A DNA stretch of 64,000 nt from the human T2T-CHM13v2.0 reference genome, Homo sapiens, in assembly GCF_009914755.1 (NCBI RefSeq), contig NC_060925.1; one strand, given 5' to 3'. The position numbers were made by a program, and so were the translations under genes. Shown in pieces: positions 54,322 through 64,000 of this stretch; within the stretch, counting starts at the first letter, position 1, and each line of letters begins with the position of its first letter. The notes under the pieces are model-generated. The model was given only the letters and a program-made list of their open reading frames with translations. It searched no databases and was not told the origin of the DNA.

Positions 54322-57300
54322 CATTTTCTTAATCCAGTCTATCATTGATGGACATTTGTGTTGGTTCCATGTCTTTGCTATTGTAAATAGTGCTGCAATA
54401 AACATATGTGTGCATGTGTCTTCATAGTAGAATGATTTATATTCCTTTGGGTATATACCCAGTAATTGAATTACTGGGTCAATGGTATTTCTGGTTCTAG
54501 GTCCTTGAGAAATTGCCATACTGTTTTCCACAATGTTTGAACTAATTTACATTCCCACCAATAGTGTAAAAACATTCCTATTTCTCTACAGCCTCACCAG
54601 CATCTATTGTTTCCTGACTTTTTATTAATCGCCATTCTCACTGGCGTGAAATGATACCTCATTATGGTTTTGATTTGGATTTCTCTGATGATCAGTGATG
54701 TTGAGCTTTTTTTTTGTATGTTTGTGGCCACATAAATGTCTTCTTTTGAGAAGTGTCTGTTCATATTATTTGCCCACTTTTTATAGGGTTGTTTGATTTC
54801 TTCTTGTAAATTTGTTAAAGTTCCTTGTAGATTCTAGATATTAGACCTTCGTCAGATGGATTGATTGCAAAAATTTTCTCCCATCGTGTAGGTTGCCTAT
54901 TCATTCTGATGATAGCTTCTTTTGCTGTGCAGAAGCACTTTAGTTTAATTAAATCCTGTTTGTCATTTTGATTTTTGTTGCAATTGCTTTTGGTGGCGTT
55001 GTCATGAAGTTTTTGCCCATGCCTATGTCTTGAATGGTATTGCCTAGGTTTTTTCTTCTAGGGTTTTTATGGTTTTGAGTTTTACATAAGTCTTTAACCC
55101 ATCTTGAGTTAATTTTTGTATAAGTTGTAAGGAAGGGGTCCAGTTTCTGTTTTCTGCATATAGCTAGCCAGTTTTCCCAGCATCATTTATTGAATAGGAG
55201 ATCCTTTCCCCATTGCTTGTTTTTAGCAGATTTGCTGAAGATCAGATGGTTGCAGATGTGTGGTGTTATTTCTGAGGTCTCTGTTCTGCTCCACTGGTCT
55301 ATATGTCTGTTTTGGTACCAGTACCATGCTATTTTGGTTACCGTAGCCTTGTAGTATAGTTTGAAGACAGGTAGCATGATACCTCCTGCTTTGTTCTTTT
55401 TGCCTAGGATTGTTTTGGCTATATGGGGTCTTCTTTGATTCCATATGAAATTTAAAATAGTTTTTTCTAATTCTGTGAAGAATGTTAATGATAGTTTGGA
55501 GGGAATAGCATTGAATCTATAAATTACTCTGGGCAATATGACCATTTTCACAATATTGATTCTTCCTATCCATGAGGATGAAATCTTTTTTCATTTGTTT
55601 GTGTCCTCTCTTATTTCGTTGAGCAGTGGTTTGTAGTTCACCTTGAAGAGGTCCTTCACATCCCTTGTTAGCTGTAGTCTAGGTATTTTATTCTCTTTGT
55701 AGTTACTGTGAATGGGAGTTCATTCATGATTTGGCTCTCTGCTTGTCTATTGTTGGTGTAAAGGAATGCTTGTGATTTTTGCACATTGATTTTTTATCCT
55801 GAGACTTTGCCGAAATTACTTATCAGGTTAAGGAGTTTTGAGGCTGAGTTGGTGGGGTTTGCTAAATATAAAATTATGTCATCTGCAAACAGAGACACTT
55901 TGACTTCCTCTCTTCTTATTTGAATACCCTTTATTTAGTTCTCTTGCCTGACTGCCCTGGCCAGAACTTCCAATACTATTTTGAATGGGAGTGAAGAGAG
56001 AGGGCATCTTTGTCTTGTACTGGCTTTCAAAGGAAATGTTTCCAGCTTTTGCCCATTCAATATGATATTGGCTGTGGGTTTGTCATAAATAGCTCTTATT
56101 ATTTTGAGATATATTCCATCAATACCTAGTTTATGAAAGTTTATAACATGAAGGGATGTTGAATTTTATCAGAGACCTTCTCTGCACCTGTTGAGATAAT
56201 CATGTGTTTTTTTCTTTGGCTATGTTAATGGGATGGATTACAGTTATTGATTTGCATATGTTGAACCAGCCTTGCATCCGTGGATGAAGATGATTTGATC
56301 ATGGTGGGTAAGCTTTTTAATGTGCTGCTGGATTGGGTTTGCCAGTATTTTATTGAGGATTTTTGCATCAATGTTCATCAGCAATATTGGCCTGAAGTTT
56401 TCTTTTTTTGTTGTTTCTCTTCCAAGTTTTCTTATCAGGATGATGCTGGCTGAATAAAATGAGTTAGGGAGGAGTCCCTCATTTTCAATTGTTTGGAATA
56501 GTTTCAGAAGGAATGGTACCAACTCCTCTTTGTATTTCTGTTAGAATTCAGCTGCAAATTCATCTGGTCCTGGGCTTTTTTTGGTTGGTAGGCTATTAAC
56601 TACTGCCTCAATTTCAGAACTTGTTATTTGTCTACTCAGGGATTCGACTTCTTTCTGGTTTAGTCTTGAGAGGGTGTATGCATATAGGAATTTATCTATT
56701 TTTTTCTAGATTTTCTAGTTTATTTGCATAGAGGTGTTTATAGTATTTTCTGATGGTAGTTTGTGTTTCCTTGGGGCCAATGGTAATATCCCCTTTATCA
56801 TTTTTTATTGTGTCTATTTGATTATTGTCCCTTTTCTTCTTTATTAGTCTAGCTAGTGGTCTGTTTTTTGTGTTGTTGTTTTGTTTTGTTTTTCAAAAAA
56901 CCAGCTCCTGGATTCATGATTTTTTTTTGGAGGGTTTTTTGTGTCTCTAACTCCTTCAATTCTTCTCTAATCTTAGTTATTTCTTGTCTTCTGCTAACTT
57001 TTGGATTAGTCTGTTCTTGACTCTCTGTTTTACTCGTGATGTTAGGGTGTCAATTAGAGATCTTTCTAGCTGTCTGATGTGGGCATTTTGTGTTATAAAT
57101 TTCCCTCTTAACACTGCTTTAGCTGTGTCTCAGAGATTCTGGTACATTGTATCTTTGATCTGATTGGTTTCAAAGAACTTCTTGATTTCTGCCTTAATTG
57201 CATTATTTACCCAGGAGTCATTCAGGAGGAGGTTGTTCAATTTCCATGTAATTGTGTGGTTTTGAAAAAGTTTCTTAATCCTGAGTTTTAATTTGATTGC

Positions 57301-60300
57301 ACTGTGGTCTGAGAGACTGTTTGTTATGATTTCAGTTCTTTTGCATTTGCTGAGGAATGTTTTACTTCCAATTATGTGGTCAATTTTAGAATAAGTGCCC
57401 TGTGGCACTGAGAAGAATGTATATTCTATTGATTTGATGTAGAGAGTTCTGTAGACATCTATTAGCTTCATTTGATCCAGAGCAGAGTTCAAGTTCTGAA
57501 TATCCTTGTTAATTTTCTGTCTTGTTGATATAATCCTGACAGTGGGGTGTTAAAGTCTCCCACTATTATTGTGTGGGAGTCTAAGTCTCTTTGCATGTCT
57601 TTAAGAACTTGTTTTATGAATCTAGGTGCTCCTGTATTGGGTCCATATATATTTAGAATAGTTAGCTCTTCTTGTTGAATTTACTGTTTACCTTTACATT
57701 TACCATTATGTAATGCCCTTGTTTTTGTTTTTGTTTTTGGGTTTTTTTTGTTTTTTTTTTGGTTGTTGTTGTTTTGATCTTTGTTGGTTTAAAGTCTGTT
57801 ATGCAGAGACTGGATTGCAACCCCTGCTTTTCTTCTTTTCTTCTTTTTTTTTCTTCCCATTTTCTTGGTAAATATTTCTCCATCCCTTTATTTTGAGCCT
57901 ATGTGTGTCTTTGCACATGAGATGGGTCTCCTGAATACAGCACACCAATGGGTCTTGATTCTTTATCCAATTTGCCAGTCTGTGTCTTTTAATCAGGGCT
58001 TTTAGCCCATTTACATTTAAGGTTACCATTGTTATTTGTGAATTTGTTCCTATCATTATGATGCTATTTGGTTATTTTGCACATTAGTTCATGCAGTTTC
58101 TTCATAGTGTCATTGGTCTTTATATTTTGGTGTGTTTTTGCAGTGGCTGGTAACAGTTTTTCCTTTCCATATTTAGTGCTTCTTTCAGGAGCTCTTGCAG
58201 GGCAGGCCTGGTGGTATCAAAATCCCTCAGTATTTGCTTTTCTGGAAAGAATTTTATTTCTCCTTTGCTTATGAAGCTTAGTTTGGCTGGATATGAAATT
58301 CTGGCTAAAAATATATTTTCTTTAAGAATGTTGACTATTGGCCCCCAATCTCTTCTGGCTTATAGAATTTCTGCTGAGAGGTCCACCGTTAGTCTGGGCT
58401 TCCCTTTGTAGGTGACATGGCCTTTCTCTCTGTCTGTCCTTAACAGTTTTTCCTTCATTTTGACTTTGGAGAATCTGAAGATTCTGTTTCTTGGGGTTGA
58501 TCTTCTCATGGAGTATCTTAATAGTATTGTCAGTATTTCCTGAATTTGCATGTTGGCCTGTCTTGCTAGGTTGGGGAAGTTTTCCTGGATAATATTCTGA
58601 AATGTGTTTTCCAGCTTGTTTCCATTCTCCCCGTCACCTTCTGGTACTCCAATCAATCGCAGGTCCAGTCTTTCTATGAAGTCTCATATTTCTTGGAGGC
58701 TTTGTTCATTTCGTTTCTTTCTTTTTTCTCTATCTATACTTGTTTGCATGCCTTATTTCAGCAGGGTAGTCTTCAAATTCTGATATTATTTCTTCCACTT
58801 GGTTGATTCAGCTACTGATACTTGTGTATGCTTCACAAAGTTCTCGTGCTGCATTTTTCAGCACCAGCAGGTCATTTAAGTTCCTCTCTAAACTGGTTAT
58901 TCTAGTTAGCAATCCCTCTAAACTTTTATCCAAGTTCTTAACGTCTTTGCATTGGGTTAGAACATGCTCCTTTAGCTCTGCACAGTTTTTTGTTACCCAT
59001 CTTCTGAAGCATACTTCTGTCAATTCTTCCGTCTCATCCTCTGTCCAGTTCTGTGCTCCGATGGAGATACGTTGTGATTATTTGGAGAAGAGGCGCTCTG
59101 ATCTTTTGGGTTTTCAGCATTTTTTCATTGATTCTTTCTCGTCATGAGTTTGTCTACTTTCAGTCTTTGAGGCTGCTGACCCTTGGGTGGGTTTTTTGTG
59201 GGGCTTTTTGGTTGTCGTTGTTAATGCTGTTGTTGTTGCTTTCTGCTTGTTTTTCTTTCAATGGTCAGATCCCTCTTCCGCAGGGTTGCTACAGTTTGCT
59301 GGGGATTCACTTCAGGCTCTATTCATCTGATTCTCTCCCACGCCTGGAGATATCACTTAAGGGGCCTGGAGAACAGCAAAGATGGGTGCCTGATCCTTCT
59401 TCTGCGACCTCTGACCTCTAGGGGCACCAACCTGATGCCAGTAGGATCACTCCTGTATAGGGTGTCTGAAAAGTCCTGTTGGAAGATCTCATCCAGTTGG
59501 GTGGCATGGGGGACAGGACCCATCTAATGAAGTACTTTGTCCCTTGGTGGAGGGGGTGTGCCTTGCTGGGGGGAAATACACTTGTCTGGGCTGCCTGGAT
59601 TCCTCAGAAATACCAGGAGGAAAGGCTAGAACTGCTGGTCTGCAGAGACTGTGGCCACCCTTCCCCCTAGGGGCTCAGGCCCAGGAAGATCTGGGTTCTG
59701 TCCGTGAGCCTCTGGCTGGAATTATTGGAGTTACTGCAGGGAATCCCCGCCCAGTGAGGACAGATGGGTCAGGGGGAGGCCTGAAGAAGCACTCTAGCTG
59801 CAGACTGCCACATCCAGTGTGTTGGGCTGTGGGGCACAAGTCTTGGGACCAAACCCTCCAGTCTCCCCTGCTCCAGCAGGGGAAAAGCACAGCCTGGAGC
59901 TATAGAGATGGATGTCGCCCTTTTCCTGCCCAAAGAGCTTAGTATGTTAGGCAGTTGCCAGTCCCAGTGCTGGCTGCTGCCCCTCCCACAAGGAGCTCCA
60001 AGGGCTTAAACAACCGGCAGCCACAGTGTGGTGCTGGTTGCCCCTCCTCCCAGAACTCAGCAGGCTTAAGCAGATTACAGGTGAGAGAGGCTGATGAGGA
60101 TCTGCGTGTTCCGGGGTTGGAACGCTAGGCCCCGGTGGCTGGGTTTGCGATGTTGTACCTGAGCGAGTTAGAGAAAACGCCACACTTTGAGACGAATTAG
60201 GAGTCCGTTTATTTAGCCGGCGGCCAAGAGATGGCTAACGCTCAAAATTCTCTCCGCCCCGAAGGAGGGGCTAGATTTTCTTTTATACTTTGGTTTAGAA

Positions 60301-61028
60301 AGGGGATGGGGGGGTGGATCTAGTTAAAACAATTTTACAGAAGTAAAGTAGTCAAAAAGTTAAAAGGATAAATGGTTACAGGAAAGTAAACAGTTCCAGG
60401 TGCAGGGGCTTTAAGACTATTACAAGGTGATAGACCCGGGGCTTTGGGCATTATCAATCGGACGAATTCCTGGGAACTGCGGATATACCTTGCCACAGTA
60501 TCTTATCAGTTAATTGCATTCTTGGATGTGCTGGGAGTCAGCTTGCACAAGTTAAGTCCTTGAGGAAGGGGCTGCCAGTGAAAGAGCCAAGATGGAGTCT
60601 GTCTGGCTCTCTTAGCTAAGGGAGAGTCAATTCAGGTGGAAACAAGGCTAGGTGATTAAAGGAAAGGGAGAGTCTAAAAACAGGGTTAGTAAAAACCAGG
60701 TTGGGCATTACAGCGAGTGGGGGTCTTCTGATCTGTGGGTTGCACAGTTTCATGAAAAATCACGGTTTCCCCTCCTGTGTAGCATACTCACTCACCACTC
60801 AGCGTCTCCCTTGGCCGCGGGGAGGGGACTCCTCTGCCCCATGTGGCTCTCAGGCTGCAGGACCACACTGTTCTTCCTTCTCTCTGCGCGTCACGCCAGC
60901 CTTCTAGTCAGTTCTGATGAGAGAACTTGGATATGTCGGTTGCTGGTGAAGGATTAACACTCTTATTATGTTTTTCTCCAGTGGGAGTCACACGCTGCTG
61001 TTTCTAGTTGGCTATCTTGGCCCCACCT
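54322..61028 (-). mobile_element. Near-full-length L1PA (about L1PA8-11 era): 5'UTR, ORF1 and ORF2; 3'UTR and poly(A) missing; ORFs disrupted
   Basis: 5' end GGGGCCAAGATAGCCAACTAG. ORF1 peptides (IGVPEGDGENGNKLEN). ORF2 start MIGTNSQITMVTLNVNGL at 58056. C-terminal peptides [36 protein letters not shown]. Confidence 0.93.
60151..60712 (-). mobile_element. LTR6B (HERV-S71) solo LTR nested in the L1 5'UTR
   Basis: Sense TGTAATGCCCAACCTGGTTTTTACTAACCCTG...CTCGCTCAGGTACAACA, 562 bp. Perfect TSD GCGA (60147-60150 / 60713-60716). TATAAAA at 60281-60287 and AATAAA at 60208-60213 on the minus strand. Confidence 0.9.
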
Positions 61029-61034
61029 TATACT

Positions 61035-61672
61035 TTATTTTTAAGTTTTTATTCTATTGTTATAAGAATACTTAGCATGAGATATATCCTTTTAACAAAT
61101 TTTAAGTGTACAATACAGCATTGTTGACTAGAGATATAATGTTGTGCAGAAGATGTCTAGAACTTACTCATCTTGCTTACCTGAAATTTTATAACCATTC
61201 ATTAGTAATTCCCCATTTCCCGGCCCCCTGGCTCCTGGTAACCACCTTTCACTCTTTGATTCTAAGAACATGACTATTTTAGATTGTTCATATAAGCAGA
61301 ATCATGCAATATTTTTCTTTGTGTGACTGGTTTATTTCACTTATCATAATGTCTTCAAGTTTCATCAATGTTCTTGCATTTTGCAGAATTTTCTTCCTTT
61401 ATAAAGCTGAAAAATATTCAATTGTATGTATATTCCACCTTTTTTTTTTTTTAGCAGCAGGGGTTTAATAGGCAGAAGAAAGAGAAAGGAGAAGGGAAAG
61501 ATCCTATTCCACATTTGTAATCCATTTTCTGTTCAAGGACATTTAGTTTGTTTCCATATGTTGACTATTGTAAATAATGCTTCAATGAACATAGGAGTGC
61601 TTATATCTCTTCTAGATCCTAATTTCAATTCTTTAGAGTAAATATCTAAAAGTGGGATTGCTGGATTATATG
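61035..61672 (-). mobile_element. L1MA (MA8/9-like) 3' end
   Basis: TTAGCATGAGATATATCCTTTTAACAAATTTTAAGTGTACAATACAG...AGTGGGATTGCTGGATTATAT. Confidence 0.85.
61440..61504 (-). other. Polyadenylated micro-retrocopy (52 nt plus A13) with TSD
   Basis: Sense ...CTGCCTATTAAACCCCTGCTGCT-A13. TSD TATTCCAC (61431-61438 / 61505-61512). Confidence 0.75.
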
Positions 61673-64000
61673 TTGAAGCCCTTGACTGCATTTGGTATTT
61701 CATTCATTGAATTATTCAGTTTCAGGATTTCTGTTTGATTCTTTATATATATATATAATATCTATCTCTTTGGTAAATTTCTCATTCATATCCTGAGTTA
61801 TTTTTCTAATTACTTTGTATTGTTTATTATCCGTGTTATTATGTATGCCAGTGAGCATCTTTAATACCGTGGTTTTGATTTTTTTTTCAGGCATTTCACA
61901 AATTTTCTTTCATTGGAATTGGTTGCTGAAGAATTATTGTGTTCCTTTGGAGTGTCATGTTTCTCTGCATTTTCATGGTTATTGTGATCTTTTGTGGATA
62001 CATAAGTGCATCTGGTGTAATAGTTTCTTCTTTCAATTTTTTGAGTTGGCTTTTGCAAGAGGAAGAAACTTTCCTGTATATGTATTTATGGTGTTGGTTG
62101 GGTAGAGTACATTAGCTTTGATTATGGGTATGTGAAGTAGTATAAATTTCATATCTTTTTTTGGCTGTAAATAGCATCAGTGGTATATGATGCTATTTCC
62201 TCAGTGGTTTATGGTATGGTTTTTAATGGATGCTGTAGTGAGGTTTTGCTGGTGAAACCAGATCAGTCAGTACTGAGGCACCAAGAGTGGGAGCAGTGGC
62301 TGGCTGTGCCTGTCCTTGGGGCCCCCAGGTGATGTACACAGGCACCATTGTTTACAGGTCAAGGAGGGCCAATTCTTTGATGTCCCGTCTGCTTGCTTAG
62401 GTGCCAGTAGTGGCAGCAGTGGGGTGGGTGAGTAGGCAAGTCTTTGGGCAGCTGGGCAGCATATGTGCTATGGGTCATGGTAGTAGTAATAATAGGACAA
62501 CCCTAGACCTCTAAGGCATCACTTTGTGTTAGCAGTGGCTGCAGTGGGACGAAAGGGCCAGTTCCTAGGTTCCCAGGTGGCACATGTGGGTGGTGTCAGC
62601 AGTGGTAGTGGTGGCACGCTGAATGAACCCTTCATCAGGCCCCTGGAGGAGTGCCCAGATGCCAGCAGTGGTGGATGGGGCGAGTAATCCCCAGGCCTTC
62701 AGACAGCTTGCCTGGGTACTGGAGGCAGGTTTTCTAGGCCTGTAGTTAGACACCCTGGTACTGCACATGTAAGACCGTGGCAACTGACAAAGTAAGCTTA
62801 TCTCCACAAATCCAGGTAGAATGCATGGTTTCTGGTTGTGGGGGTAGTGTCAGGTGGTGTAGGCCTATTCTCAGATCCCTCTGATGGCACACATGAGCAT
62901 GGGGTATATAAGCAGGGTAGGGCAAGCTCCAGGCCTCTGGTCAGTGTGCTAGTGCACTGGCAGAGGCATGTGTTCTGGGGTTGTTATTAGGTCTCTGGTA
63001 CTGTGTATGTGCACCTGGGGTGATTGACAAGGCAGGGCAATATCCAGGCCCCTGGACGCCATGTTCAGGCACTGAAGTCGGGGTGGTGTCTAACCAGGCA
63101 GGTTTGTCCTCAGTCCCGGCAGTGGTGTGCATGGGCACAGGCTGTGGTGAGCAGTGCAGGGTGTTCTCTAGGTCCTGTGCAGCCAGCTTGGGTTGAGGCA
63201 GCAGAGGCAGCAGTAGGTGAGGCAAGCCCATCCTCAGGGCAGAAGCAAGTATGCAATGGCCCTTCTTCCACTGCTGAGGTGGGTGGGTTTTCTGTCTGTG
63301 GTATCCATACTAACCAGGCTGGTTTCAGGCTCTGGAGAGCGCACTCTTCAATCTTTAGCATTGGTAGTGGCAGCAGCAGCAGTGCACAGGGAGAGCTTGT
63401 CCTCAGGGTGAATTCAAGTGCTTGACAGCTTTGCTGATTGGGGAGGGGTTCAGGGTCTGTCTGTGGTAGCTGTACCAGGCAGGTGGCTGTCAGGCTCTGG
63501 GAAGCACATGCTTTGCTTCTGGCAGTGGCAGTCCTCAGAGTGCATGCAAGTGCACTATGACTCAGCCTGTCTCTGGGGCAGGGTTGCTATTGATGACAGT
63601 GGCCCTAGGCAGGCAGGTTTCAGGCTCTAGAGAGCATTTATTTGGCTGTAAATGCTTCATCTCCCTTTGTCATGAGGGCAGCCACCCTAGTGTGCTGTGC
63701 TGCCCTTTCCCCAGCATGCAGGTTGCTGTGTGGGCTGGAATGCTGGCAAGCCAGCCACTCTGCTAGGTTGAACCTGCGTTGCACCACTGCAGCCTTTGAG
63801 GCAGATGTCGGGAGATATCAGTGGGGCTCCACGGACAAGGAGATGCAGGGGGTGTTCGGTCCAGAACAGGATGCAGTCTGGTGCAGGTGGGATTTCAAAA
63901 TGGCATCATGCTGCAGCTGCCCAGAACTTGGGGTGTGCATGGGCCTAACATGCCACTCTCTGGAGCAGTACCATCGTGAGGACTCCAGGGAGCTCTCTAT
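61673..64000 (-). mobile_element. Old L1M 5' region (ORF1 N-terminal part plus long GC-rich repetitive 5'UTR), running off the window
   Basis: ORF1-like peptide MPEKKIKTTVLKML...IRKITQDMNEKFTKEIDII. CATTCATTGAATTATTCAG...GGATTTCTGTTTGATTCTTT. Recurrent GGCAGGTTTCAGGCTCT units. Confidence 0.72.

Noticed and set aside
54322-59150. Functional L1 ORF1p/ORF2p
   Set aside because: Broken into many short frames by stops and frameshifts, and the 3' end is missing. Not retrotransposition-competent.

Overview
AT-rich, CpG-depleted primate genomic DNA. It is almost certainly human, because it carries a near-pristine AluYa5-lineage insertion. The window is intergenic or deep intronic: I can support no protein-coding exon, RNA gene or CpG-island promoter. 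All longer ORFs in the track are decayed LINE-1 ORF1/ORF2 pieces, Alu/LTR read-throughs or chance ORFs. The content is a layered transposable-element record: DNA transposons (MER53, Tigger3b, MER94, MER91A, MER8), MIR/L2/L3 relics, seven Alus plus a FLAM-like monomer, a two-LTR MLT1A0-like MaLR provirus, several solo LTRs (MLT2, MER34-, MER57-, MER67-, MER93-like, MST, LTR1, LTR6B), a MER66-like partial provirus and a LINE-1-rich right third. I find no evidence of a new multi-gene biological system. The best second-look items are a ~65-bp polyadenylated micro-retrocopy with TSDs, an intact motif-rich LTR6B inside an L1 5'UTR, the young AluYa, a twin-primed L1, tail-less L1 fragments, an old local duplication and template-switch scars. 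Subfamily names come from remembered consensus sequences and need RepeatMasker/Dfam confirmation. Boundaries without TSDs are approximate.
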